Part shown: piece after piece, positions 23,086-36,695 of the stretch
Layout of the letters: every line of letters starts with the position of its first letter
Numbering within the stretch: the stretch's first letter is position 1
From: Dicyema japonicum
Lineage: Eukaryota > Animalia > Dicyemida
Assembly: GCA_011109175.1 (NCBI GenBank)
Contig: RDEW01000030.1
Coordinates: 552,094 to 616,093, forward strand
Reading direction: 5' to 3'
DNA: 64,000 nucleotides
The notes under the pieces: model-generated
What the model saw: the letters and a program-made list of their open reading frames with translations, nothing else
Database searches by the model: none
What the model was told of the DNA's origin: nothing
Translations under genes and position numbers: made by a program

Positions 23086-24123
23086 TGTCTAAAAATAATT
23101 ATTTGGCTTCAGTTTTCAAAACTAGAATGGGCCAAAAGATCTCTAAAGATCCCTGGGGTGATTTTTTGACATTTACATGTGCCTATGACTCTAAGTTTTC
23201 CACTTGAATGAAAATGAAAATACATGAGGGGGTGCAACCTACCAAATATCCCCCTCTACAAAATCTTTCTTAAGTACATCGAAAACCTTCCGAGATAAAA
23301 GAAGCCTCAGAGGCCCCATTTTGGAGAGCAAGATGCCTATCCCCGTCAGTTTCGACCTCCCCCTTGCTGGTTTGGGATCACATAGTTTGATGGGACATTA
23401 TTTTTTTGACTAGTGATTCTGGTGCAATAATAACAATGATGAATCGATTCAGTACCCGCAGAAACTAAAACCCGTACATGCGGAGTCTAATTCCTTCGCT
23501 TTTGAAAAGAAGACAGAAATCTTCCTCGTTTATCTCCTTCACGGGCAAAGAAAAATTTCTCAACCCAGAAGTTTTCTACTCGGATCGAAATATTTTTGAC
23601 TGTTTGTGCTGAGCTCCAAAGATTGTAAGTCTGGGGTTAATAAATATCTGAGTGAACACTCAGTCTCGTTCTATAAGAATCCCACATTCTAGTTAATATA
23701 GGCCTTAGTGCTCATCAAGGACTGTTGGTGTATGTTTATTATAATCTGATTATTTTCTGACAGGAGATTGTAGAAATCGTCCCAAAGAGCGTCAAAAGCC
23801 AGACTGTTTTTTGGCTAAATAAAGTTCCCTTTGATTAGAAAAAAGCCAGACTTGGAAAACAAAATGAAATATCAGAGATACTCAGCACATCGAGCGTGTA
23901 AACTTTGTTGTTCAAACTAACCATATCCACAATGTCTTGCATAATTGATTAGGTTTGTTGGAAGACAACCAAGTATGGATAGTGTGGGAATATTAGGAGT
24001 TCTTACGGATTAAGGTTCCAGAGGTATTGGGGACTGGAACTTTCCAGAAGTCCTTAGTTCCATAAATTTAAAAACTCGTTTTTGACTAATTTAAATCTTC
24101 AAAGTTTTTTTTCCAGGAAATGA

Positions 24124-25140
24124 GTGACTCCATGGGGCACATGGATAATAAATGCATGGCTCAATGTGTTATCACGTTTTCAACATGAGGCGAGATTGAC
24201 ATGTAAATGTCAAAAAATCACCTTGAATGTGTGCAGAATGGATGAGTATCAATTTATTTATAGTATCATCAGCAAAATGCACCCTCACGAATTGAATAGG
24301 AAGTCCAAATGTGAGACCGAAGTGTTCACTGGAGACAACCTTATTCCGATATCTAATAAACGGAATATTCTCGGAGTCGCATTTGACACACTAATAATTT
24401 TCTATAATCATACCCACGATGTCCTGATCAAGGGAAGTGGAATATGATGAAGGAAATTGTAAAAAAGAGTCCCTTCCCTCTTGTTGACTGCATCTAAAAA
24501 TGCATAATAAGATCATCCCCAACTATTCAATAAGTTTGTCCCGGATGGATATCCACCTCCATGATTAATAAAAAAAGCTCAATCAAAAGAATTTTTTGTC
24601 TTCTCGTACTGATCCCCCCTCCCAACTTTTCTCTCTGAGGAATCCCCAATGAACCATAGGGCGGTTTTCTCTGCTTGCTCAAATAATCAGGAAATTCACT
24701 AGGCAATGGGAATGCTCACGGAAAGGAACGATTATTTTGAAAAGAACAGTGGTGACATGTGGCTACTTGATAGTTAATCATAGTTACGTCATAAAGAGAT
24801 GCCCAATGCCTGGGAGACATTCAAAAGAGCTTGACTCCACCGGGAGACTATTTCGCTCCCTGTCGACGAGTTCTGGCTTCGACATTAGCTTCCCGGATAA
24901 TGTCCTCTGAATTACTGTGGTTGGATGTGAGCTCTATTGGCACACGTCATGATCACAGGATCAGACATATATTGAGGTCTGAAATGGATACCCTCACTAA
25001 TATAGCGATGGAGGAGTACACTGGACCACGTTTTTGTGGACATCCACGAGTCACACTTCCTGGGATACTTAAAGATGATCTCAAGTACGTCAAAACAAAA
25101 CTGAAATTAAAAACATCTGGACGACTTAATGGAGGTTGAA
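24124..25140 (+). mobile_element. Mosaic of degraded LINE shards (Vingi-like RT and RTE C-terminus)
   Basis: NILGVAFDTL (24360-24400); RHILRSEMDTLTNIAMEEY..HPRVTLPGILKDDL (24960-25085). Confidence 0.55.
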
Positions 25141-26924
25141 AACGACCATGAAGGTGGAACCACTTAGTTTAATCGTTTTTAACGCCGCATCTGTTAAATT
25201 CAATTTCTTCATTACTTGGAGACCAATTTTGCAAAAATATCGGAAATCGACTTGTCTCTTTGGATTTCTGCATAAAAGATCATTTTTACCTCATTTTAGG
25301 ATCGCATAGCTTTTTATTAATTAAATCTAAATTTGGGAATTCATACGAACAAACATACAAACATAGTACTTTTTATGTGATTTATTTAACTCCCAAAGTA
25401 TCTTTAATTAGTAAGCAGCTCCCATGATTGAGGGCATTCCGTCTTGCGATTTGTATAGAAATGGGCTCAATTAACCATCTCTGTCCTTGATCTATTTGTC
25501 TGTCAACAATAGTTTCCTGAGACAAATGGATCACATGAAGCCTTGGATCTTAAATGGAACTATCAAAGAATGACTGTCAAGAAACATGCATACCCCTCTT
25601 TATAACAGTCTAAGTCTGGAAGGGAATCAAGACGTCATTCCAACGGAGTCAGTAAGATCATTGGGTTTGACCAAAGGAGAGGAGAATCTGTAAAGAAGCC
25701 TATATTCCCTTCTGACATTTTAATCAAAATTTTAAATTTTAAATAATAAACAAAAATTAACTGAAATCATTAGTGAAAAGGTTGTCTAGAATAAAATTGA
25801 CTGAAATTACAATTTTGATCGAAAACAGAAAAATCACGCTTTGGCTCAAAAGAACTTAAATAAGCAGCAAATTCATTTTCAAAGTTTGTTTGCGAAGTGT
25901 TGGAAAATTCTAGAAAAATTAAAAATAAAAGTTTCTAAATTTAAGGATTAGTAATCTAAATTTACAATATCCGAGTTACTCCCGTCCAAACATTTCGAAA
26001 GGTTCTCTCTTCCACTCATCCTTCAAAAAGTGGTTTAAACCTCTCCGTTCTGTAAATGAACGTATTTTTTGTGGGAGTGTATATAATAAGAGCAACATCA
26101 CTTCCTGTTAAAACTGACAACTCGTGAGCCTGCCATTATTTTTAAAGTCACTTTTTTCATTAATCCTTGTTTTCTTTTACTTAGCGTTTGTCTCCTTCTT
26201 ATGATGTCGTCAATGTATTCTATTTCTATTTTAGACTTTCCGTGTGGCATTAATACTTTCAGTGAGGTTCTATTTGAATTTAAAATTTATTGAAATTTAA
26301 ACTTTTATTATTTTTATATTTAGAAATATTTATAATTAAAAAATAATTCCAGTTTTAAAGTAATAATCACCAGCATAAGATATAAGAGGATGTCTCCCTT
26401 CTAATCTCCTTACATTTGATGCTAGAGTAATCTCCAACTACATGAGACGAATATTTCAGGCAGCGAAAATATAGACTAATATATCTACTTAGTGATTTAA
26501 AGCATTATGGGCTCAGATTTGATAATAGATTCAAAATAAAATCTTTGAATACACCACATTTGACATGTGAGTGACAGATTTGATGTCATCCAAATACGTC
26601 TGAACAACTGATGCCCTAAAATTTCCATAAAAGAAAAGGTTTCTTATCTTCAAGATATAATAAGAAGAGAATCAAAACGGGCCATCAGAGTGGGACTTGG
26701 AAACCTACATTGCCCATTCCTAATCGGAAGATAGGTTAAGGATCTATTTGCTTGGCCTGGGCTAAATAATCGACATGAAACATGAATCTCTGAGAGTGAC
26801 CAGTCTTAGAGCCTAATTTCTAATGAACATCAGGAAGCTGTGAAGTAAACAAAAGTGGAAAAAATCTCATTAACTGTAAACAGTAAAAAATTTCATAATT
26901 TTGAAACACATGATTTACAGTAGA

Positions 26925-29900
26925 TTACAAAAAAGCGGCCCAACCTATAAACATTTGAGCCAAATTCTTGACGTCAGTTGCCTCCTACCAAATAATAAAT
27001 ATATTGACCCTAATAAGCAGATTGACATGACCATCAGCTGACAAAGGTAGAGTTTGTGACAACAAATTGTATTTATTATCGAAAAACCCACCAAGCCTTC
27101 TCTCCACAGCATCAATATGTTGCAAAGCCTATCATCACACATCAACAAACCAGTTCATTAAACTCCTCAGAATTTCGAACCTTTGACTTTTTTGGTCTGT
27201 TATTCCACTCCACAAGTGGATCATACATGAAGGAACTCAGAACACTAAAGTCAAAATTCAGTCAACTTGAGAAGAGAAGTTGAATTACCAGAAAGAATCT
27301 CCATAACAAGCTGACACGTCTTCCTAAAAGTCCCTTCCGTACCACACACTCCCATGGCTTCAATCATGTTGTGAGTCAAACGGAAGGGCACAACCTCTGG
27401 CCACTCAAATCTGTCCCCCTATAAAATCACATAGAGCTTCAACCAGATTAAACAAGCAGTTAAAGTCCACGTGTATGCATTGGCCTGTTTTTCCTTCCAT
27501 CATTATATTTTCGCCATGTCTGTCCCCCAATCCCACAATGTACCCGACAATCGACATAACCGCACAACTCCTTATATAATTCTCCCTTGCTTTGAACCTT
27601 AAATAAAGAAACTAGAAAACCAGTCAGGAGCATCCTCAAAATTCGACAGAAACCAGTCAGAAAAAACCGGGGGATGCCAGGCGAGTAGTTTATTACGGAA
27701 AACTGACATCTTTTGCCTTAAATGAAAAACAAAGAAAACTCAATTGAATCGCCAATCGACGGGGCAACTTGCCTCAGAATCTTAGGGGAAACGAACATTC
27801 CACGGTCTTTGTAAATATCAGACAAAATGCTGCGGAAACTGCGGGTATTATTAACCCATTCAATAAGCCCACACTCCTCATTGAGGGGGATAACACTCTA
27901 AAGTTACAAAACCCGAAACATATGTCCTAATGGATAGGTTCCGTTGTCTGGTCTCCGGGTTGTTTCTAAGAAAGGAGTTAACCACGGTAAAAAATTCCAT
28001 CATTCGGCTATCCTTCCTCAAATCATCCTACATAATAATCAAATCCTTACTTTTGGTTTGCACATTATAAAACGAGTTATCCCATCACTGCACAACAAAC
28101 TTAGCTTTTTTGGTTTCTGCAAAGAAGGCAGTACCTCAATATGATCATTGAACCCGATTATATGTATTTGTTCAGAGGGAAATACATCGAACATATGTAA
28201 AGGACCCTCAGGAATATTAGGAGTCATTTGCGATTGGAATGGGAGCATAATTTGACTCATAGAACGACTATTCATAACACACGTGGGTAACGATTTGTCG
28301 AAAAGATGGAGAAGAGACCTAAAGTTGTCCTTCAGTGAAGAAGACTTGGCGAGTCTGCGGTTGGAAACGAGAATAAGCTCATCAGCTAGCTTCGCAAAAT
28401 CGTCGATCAGTTTCCCCAGACTTTTATCCCCCCTGAGATTTATTAAATTGCCTACCTGGCAAGACTAAATATTTGTCGACATCTTTCAACTCTCATTGGA
28501 ACAGAGGACTAAATGACAATAAAGATTACCTTTGAAATGGCGATCATCCCCCACAGAGTCTGTTGTGGGTAGGACTGCAGCAGTTTTACCAGAATATTCT
28601 ATTTAAATAAGAAGCATACAGACAAAATTTTGAATATTTCGTTATTGGCATGACAAATTCTACAGGTCAACTGAGAAAGCACAGTCATGAAATAATATGT
28701 AGGGAAGGAGTCAAAAATAGTTGCCAGTTTCTACAAATTAGTCCCTATCTTACCTTGTTGGGAGGATCAGGGGCTTTCAGCCAAAGGAAGATCAGTCTCT
28801 GCATAGATTCATGAATGAATTTACTTCCATACCGCAAGGAAGTAGCAAACATTAAAATTGCCTCGTTACAGTGTCCACTGGGGATAAATTATAAGACTAC
28901 GATTTCAAGTCTTCAATATTTCCCTCACAAGACAATCGATCGTAGTACTTGGCCAACTGGAAGTACGCCTTTTCGTTGGTAGGGCGCAATCTAATCACGG
29001 TTTCAAAGGCCTCGATGATCTCTTCCACTGGGGAAGAAGATGATTCGGCTGAGCACTGCGCCCACATTAGATACAACTTCTATATTTATTAGAAAGTACC
29101 TTTCCTTTCAACTGTCTGTTACCCTCCGATGAATCAGTGAGCGACTTACAGAAAGTCAACGAATCATGTAGAATTTTCATCAGTCGCCCTCGATCAGTCT
29201 TTAATGAGTAAAAAGAAAAACCTGATATATCGCCTTGAAAATCTTGGCCTTCTCATAGACAGACGACAGAGTCCACTCAGAAATAGTCTGCAAGCAGGAG
29301 AGTGCTTCCTCGAATCTTCCTCCTCTTCTCAGAAAACGTGTCATTTGTAGAATAGCTGAAGTTTTATGCTCATCATCAAGAATCCCCGAGAGATGCCTTC
29401 TTAAAGACAATAAAGACTCAACCACACGACTCTAAGAAAAATACAGCATTTCAGCCAACAGAAATGAAATCTTTGTTAAAATTCCAATAGTGCTTTGAAT
29501 ATGTCAGTCGTTCAATGTCGTTGATAACGTGGAGTCTGTCTACCAAAAGTTTATTGTTCACAAAAATATTGGATTTCGATCCGTAAATGTCGACCTTGTT
29601 GGCCAATTCGACCAATATGTAATCCCTTCGCTCACAGAATGAGCTCAAATTCTGTATAAAAGCACACTTTACCTTATTGACTGCGTCATTGAACAAATCC
29701 GACATTGATCGCGTCCACAGTGGTTCAGTCTAAAGTTATATAAAATTAGACCAATTCGGGATTTGTCCAAATAGACAGACTTTCAATCTTCGAAAGGGAA
29801 TCATTTGTAACTGAAACAGTAGACAACACGTGACAAGACATGCGACGAAAATTTAGGACGTCCCTAATCAACTCTACGTTATCTTGGTTCCAAGGGAGTG

Positions 29901-32900
29901 AAAGATATCATGCAGAAGAACTAAATAAGCCAAATAGTACGCAAGTCGTCATCTTGGACAGAAAATACATTCTTTGGGCTCACAAATCTCTCAATATATT
30001 GTAAGGACTGGTAGTATAATCCACAACGTTTTGCAGCCACTGACAAATTTTTTAAAGAACAGCATTCTTGAATAACAGTAGTAAATTCGTTTGTCTTGGC
30101 AGCACACATTGAGTTGTAAAGCCCTACAAGAACACTGAAAAGAGAGGGCTCGCAGTTAGATTTGAGGATCACTCCAAATTCACAAACAGTCTTAAATAAT
30201 TAAAATCAGATTACCGCATCTCCCACAGATTTGGGAGAATCTTTAATGGCAGCAATGTGGAGATAGTTGAGGAAAAAGAGAATTAGATCATCAGAATTGA
30301 GTAATATTGGCATTAAAATATCCACCAATCGTCGTACATTGAAGGAAGTTACCTTGGTGGCAAGAAAACACGTCCATTTTCTAATCCAGTCCGACGTTGT
30401 GTGGCAATTATCAGAAAATAGAGGAAAAACGAATGAATCATCAACAGGATTCCACACAATGCAGTAACTACTTCATCAATCAAATTATACGTGGAAGTCA
30501 GTAGTGGAAGACATACGCTCCTAATATTCGGCAGAAATCGAGACCAAAGAACGTGATCTTTAACCTTTTGTGTATTCTTATCAAAAACAATGTCGACCCA
30601 CCGCAGAAGTTCTTGCAGAGTAAAGGCTGCTAGATTCTACGATAAAATCGCATTCATGCCTGAAACTTTGTCTCAGTGGCCGAAAAATAGTAATCAATCA
30701 GATTTAAGATTAAATCATGTTTAAAGGAATTGTCATTGATTGAGATTTCTTTTGTCTTTACGGATTTCTCACACGTGGAATCCAATCTGCTGTTAGAACA
30801 AAACTACAAGGAAGAATCAACAAGGCCAATAATTCCAAGACAGCGAGCAAACATGCGACGAATGTTATCGTTGTTGTGCCTTTCCATTCCAATCAGCAAC
30901 TTCATATTAATAATAGAATACTTCTTTAGTGATGAGGGATGCGAGTTCACGGTGTGATTTGCAAAGCAAAATTTCACAGCTTTCCTGTTTTTTTATTTCC
31001 GCCAAAAGCTGTGGCAATGAATACTCACAAACGACAGAGTGCTGACTTTTTATTCCATTTAAGATCAAATTTATACGTCCAACAACAGTAGTGCTACAAT
31101 TAAGTAAAAGTTACCTTTTATGCTGCCTTTTCTCATCGAACTGAGTCTGTAGCCTACCAATAAAGCCTTCACTCGGAAGCAGAATCAAATCATCCAATTT
31201 TCTAGATCAAAATGAACAGTAATACTCAGTATGCGATGGAAAGATGACATTAAAAATCGTTTGCGATGCTGAGGAATCAGAATTTAGCGACAGAACGTAA
31301 ATAGCAATCCGTGAACGAATACAGCACAACAAACTTTCATCAAGGCTGAGTTAAAAGTTAAACAAACCATCGTACAAAACACTCGAATGCTTGATAGCAT
31401 GAATCTACAAGACGAGAGGACCTTGAAGCAATGCAAAGTCCTCTATAATTAAATACCATAGAATACAGAATATCGCATATTTTCTGACAGTTTAAAGTTA
31501 GGTCATTAGAGTCAATTATATTTATTATACAATTAAGACCGTCAGAGATCTAAATCTAATAGACAACACACCTCGAGTCTTCTTGAATCCTTGCAGTCTT
31601 TCTTTCTGAGTTTAGTCTCACAAAAAAGCAAAAGTCCGAGCAGTCTGTGCCGAATAAACAATTTCTACAAAAAATTATAAAAGAACGAACGAAGGCATCA
31701 TTTCGGCTCAAATTTAACTCCTCGTACTGAGAAAGGGCAATGATTCCGTCCACTGCCTTTGATTATTAAATACACAACCTTCTCAGGAAATGCAGAAATT
31801 TTAAGAAACAAATAATTCAGAATATTTTGCAGGCGAAGACGGAAAATAGAGTCTATTCTAGGTTTGCAGAAATCCTAAAAATATAAAATTTTAAAACTTG
31901 TAAATTTTTCAATTTACGGTTGAATTCTTCGCTAGTTTGACACTGGCAGACTAGGACGGTATATATTTTTTCAATAGAGTCCACAATAAGTCGACTACGA
32001 CTCTAGGGATCATATAAAAGTGAATTCTCACAATACAACAGAAAGTGGCCACATAATGCAAAAATTCTGAGACGAATGGCATTTCAGTTAAGAAGATCAA
32101 TGGAAGAGACCTTTTCGCAATTTTCTTCAAATAAAATAAATTTAAAACAAGAACTAAACGAATAGAAAGTGGAAGTTTTAGGAAAGACGAAATCTCGGTA
32201 AACAAACTGTAAACATTAGTAAAATTAGGGGAATTTGTATAAAAACTGTCAGAAATATACTAAAATTAAATAAATTTCAACTCGATAAATAACGTCGAAA
32301 AAATCACTCAAATACACCTCAAAATTAATGTTTTTAATCAATAATATTTTATGGAACTAAAAAAAGAACAAAAACTTACTAAAATGTAAAGATTACTATC
32401 CTTTGATAATAAAAACGAGTTAAAAATCAGACTCAATGTCTTAAAAATGGATTCTTCTCGTTCACAGCTATCATTAAACTATTAGAGTACAAGATAATAA
32501 TAGTTGCTACAGGAAGCTCCCCATATGACGTCAGTACTGAAGGGTCTGACCTTGAATTGATAATCATTTGGTAGCAAGTGTTCCATTTTATACTTTGTCT
32601 GAGTCGACTTAGAAAACGTCTGTTCTATTAACTAAAAGAAGACAAACTTATGTTTTAAGGAATCAACTAAAGGACACAACTCTAGGGTATCCAATAGAAG
32701 CGAGAACAGAGACTCTGCGGACATGTGTGAGAGCACAGAATCAAAATGAAGTAGAAACCTTGAAATGGATTTCAAATTCTTTAATTTATTCTAAAAATAT
32801 TGATATTTGTCATACAGATCTATTTTCAGCTAGTTTTACATAAATCTCAGAAATCTCGTGAAAGAACTGCAAATCAACTACTGGAGTGTTATAACATCCG

Positions 32901-34102
32901 TCATGACCATCACAGTTTTCACATTTTCCGTCAGATGTGAGTGATCCCGCCAGACCACAAGCCATTCTAGTAAAGTCGACATTTGTAAAAATTGATATTC
33001 TCTCCCTAAAACTCAACAATTCAATAACTTTAAAAGAGGGACAACTTCCTCCATTATTTTTGAGTTTTTCTGAATAATGAAAGGCAAAAAATCAAGCACG
33101 TGGAAGCACAAATATTCTCTATATTTCCCTTCCTTAAAATGATTACCTAAGATTACCAAAGAAGACATAAAGAATTTCATTTTCAGTTCTAAAATAGCTG
33201 AAGATGATGAGAACAAACGAACAAGCAAACGGTAAAACCTCCCTAAAAATTTACAAACAGTAAGAACATCTTTCTGGAGAGTCGGAAAGGGAGCTGACTC
33301 TAACCAAAAAACTGTCAGTAAATCAACCTCAAGGAAAGCTAAAATACTATGAATCGAAAAAACCAATATGTTCATGAAGGTCAGAAAGCACGACAGCATT
33401 CATATCAGATTCGTTCTCAGATAACAACTGTTTATATAGTATTACTGATAGCTCTTGGAAGCTACAAATGAATTAATAATCAACGGCAAATCGATCGGCA
33501 AATTTTCATAAATTTTTACAAAGAAATGAATCCCACATAGATCACTCGTAGAAAGTTGATGATTTGATTCAGAAATTCGGACCTTTAGAGAATCAAAGAC
33601 CTGAGAGAGTTGTAAAACAAAACTAAAACTTAAAATAAAGACGACCAAGAATCAAATGGAAGACAGGAAAGTACTAATTTACTAGCAATCTAAAAATGAG
33701 ATTTCAAATATTACGTTCACCATGTTCTCAGAGTTGAGATTATTGAAAACACCCAGCACTAGTTGCTGCTTTAGAACAAAAAACGAAATCTCTGAAGAAT
33801 TTACCTTCAGAAAATGTATAAAAATCGTGTCACAATGTTGGTCACATTCAACGGCACTCTCTTTGAGGGATTTTAGAGAATTTATAAAAAATCTGACAGG
33901 CAAGTCGATCGAATTTCGAATTGGAATAGAGTTATAGCCATCAATTAGATTAGTAAACTCATCAGCAGAACTGAGTCTAGCGAATAAAGACACGTGTTAC
34001 TTTTGACAGACGGCAAAGGAAATAAACCGATAAATAGCAACAAAATCCAGAATGCTAAGATAAACGTCTCCACTTAGAAGAGAGTTGAGTAATCGGAGAC
34101 AT
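26925..34102 (-). CDS. ATR: Serine/threonine kinase ATR (Mec1/Rad3), many tiny introns
   Basis: [64 protein letters not shown] and [23 protein letters not shown] (TAA 26927-26925). FAT-type [16 protein letters not shown]. The helical N-terminal region can be spliced in frame to an ATG at 34102, but that part of the model is less certain. Confidence 0.93.
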
Positions 34103-34949
34103 TTTTAAAATCAATCTAAATTTTAGTAAAAATATGAACCAATTTGTATATTTTGAGAATCGTTTCTATAATTATTGAGCTGTCGCACAAAAAAGCAATT
34201 TCTCTCCCAAATTTGGTAAAAAATAAGCTTAAATAGTTATTATATAGAAACATCAAAAATGTGAAAACATTATAAATTTGATTTGAATACAAAATTTCCA
34301 GATATAGAGTAGGATGACAAGCCTTGTCTGAGTGGTCCTACAATAAGCAGAATTAATTACAGTTAGAAAAATCGTCGATGGAGTGCTCCCTGTTACTTGG
34401 TTTTTAATTTCTACCAATTTTTGTAATGATTTTTCTATTCAAAATGAAGATTATTGTCTTGATGATTAGTTCAAAAATTTTGTAGTTCCTCTGTCTGTTT
34501 TCCAGGACTAATTTGCAGTTTAGGTCAAGAATCTTATCCCTTAATGAGCAACAAGCATCATTTGCAAGACACAAGCTTAGTTCAAAAAGCCACATTAATG
34601 AGTCTGATTAATTAAGAGATATAACACCTAAATCTTATGAAATAAATACTTAAGAAATTCTCTCACTTTCGAGACATTGATCAATGAATTCTATCAGAGG
34701 GTCCACACAATTTGGATTCGAGTTTACTTCTAATGAAATTAAAGTATCCTAGTACCATGCAAACACTTCATTGCAAAATCATTAATGAGAGAGCAGGCAG
34801 CCTTTTTAATCTCCAAATCACTTGAACTTATAATGCTGAACATTGACAACAAAATTTACAAAGATTTTGCCGCTAATGCTATTTAAATTTAAAAATAATG
34901 TTTATAATATAATATTTTTGTATATTATTAAATATAAAAAATCGGATTT

Positions 34950-35400
34950 ATGCGAGTGGTTTAACTGTGGTGATCTGAACGCCAAACATCCCCACTGGCT
35001 GCGGCAACAACCAACCGACAGTCGTGGCGAGTACATTCTGTCAGTCTTGAACGAATTGGTTATTCTTAATAATTTTGCACCATGTGCTAGAGACTCCTAT
35101 TCTGGTGGCAATCTCCCTTACTCTGCCAATTCCTGCGTTCCACGTGACTCACTTGGGATTTTCTTCCCAATTTTATCACGAATGGTTTCAATGAGAAAAC
35201 TCACTTACAGATGGTTTTAGTGTCAATCGACACAGATATCGACGCCACTCTTTACTTAAAAGATCTTCCCCAAACGTACAACCAAACATAAGCTATAGCT
35301 GGAAAACTTTCGGCCATGCTGAAAAGTTAATGTTTATGAAACAAATTCAAGATCACGCTTATTTCATAACTGAGTCTCACAGGGGTCCCGCCTGTCTCTG
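34950..35400 (+). mobile_element. LINE APE-domain remnant
   Basis: CGDLNAKHPHW..DSRGE..ELVILN. Confidence 0.65.
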
Positions 35401-35639
35401 ATTCTATTTACTTTGCTTCTACACGGTACAATTGAGGATCATAATATGTCACATGGGTGGCTAATGCCTATGGGCAACCTGTTTTTTTACGTGTTTTCAT
35501 GGTAACAAGATATCAATTGCTAGATTTAACAAAAAGTATATTTAAAATAATAAAAAACAATTACTTGACATTAAGACCGATCTTCTTCCATCAGAAAATT
35601 AACCTATACATAAATTTGAAAAATACCTTAGGCGCATTT

Positions 35640-36380
35640 TCCTTTCTGTAGCACAACACAATATCCCCAAGCGCGTTTGGATATCCTTATGGATAGCGCT
35701 ACATCAATAGCCATTCCAAAGGAGGGCACCTGCCTTCTTCCCTGTAGTACCTTCTCCGTAGTTTTTTGATACAGGGGCATCTTGAATGGCTCGTCCTGTG
35801 TCCCTCCTCGCCACAGTTCACGCACTTGAGAGACCTGACTTTTGATTGGCAGGCCTTCCGCGAATTTGGACCCCCGCAATTCAGGCACTTCTCTTTATAA
35901 GTGCATCGAGCTAGTGTGGCCGAATCTTGGCAGCTATAGCACTGGATTGTTGTTGTTCGCTCTAGGGCCACACCAAACCTAGTAACCAATGCATGCTTTC
36001 TCGAGGCAGATCCTCTCTGGCTCTGCTCCAGAGCGAAGCCAGACCTTCATGGTCTGGAGTCTCCTCTCCCCGCTTGTAAAGTCCTTCTTGATGTGTTCGA
36101 CTACATTATCATCTACGAAGTCCAGAAGGACTCCGGAGACTAGCCACTATTGAATCCGAAGCCTTAGGAACGACCCGTGACATGTTATGTGCCCCGGGTT
36201 CAAAGGATACCTTAGTATTGACCTCAGCTTCGAAAACTGAAGCGTCGTCCTCATTCCTGAATCCTACAACAAGTGGGATTCTCCGGGTTTGATAACTCTT
36301 CCTTTGGCATAGATAGCCAGAGTACCTATGCCGCCACAGGAGCTTAACGACTCCCACCTTCGGCACCTCTACCAACTATT
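35640..36380 (-). mobile_element. LINE ORF1 (gag-like) remnant with three zinc knuckles
   Basis: QCYSCQ..RC..KCLNCGG..C..KCVNCGEEGH..CP pattern of I/Jockey/R1-type ORF1; frameshifted. Confidence 0.7.
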
Positions 36381-36695
36381 AGTCCCAATCTAACAAGATT
36401 TCAACTTTTCTGTCTTTCCTTTCAAGAAAAGTCTGAATTAAATCAGAATTAATCTTATGATTTGATCAAATTAATCAATAAAAAATATTAAACTTCAAAC
36501 TTATCGTTTCTAAACGAAAAATGTGAGGCATTTTCACGTACTCTCCGTTTCTTTTGTACTTATAGCCTCAGGGTCAATTCCACATAAGATCTGTTTAATT
36601 TTTTCATATTCGACAAGATCTCTGATATACCCCTTAAATTTGAGACATAAGAAATCACTAAAGCCATGCTGTTAAAATTAAAAGAAATCAGGTTA

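Noticed and set aside
32447-32790. Apparent plus-strand mini-gene (MDSSQYKIIIV..) nested in ATR
   Set aside because: The minus strand here splices in frame as ATR exons with typical tiny introns, so the plus-strand model is probably coincidental.
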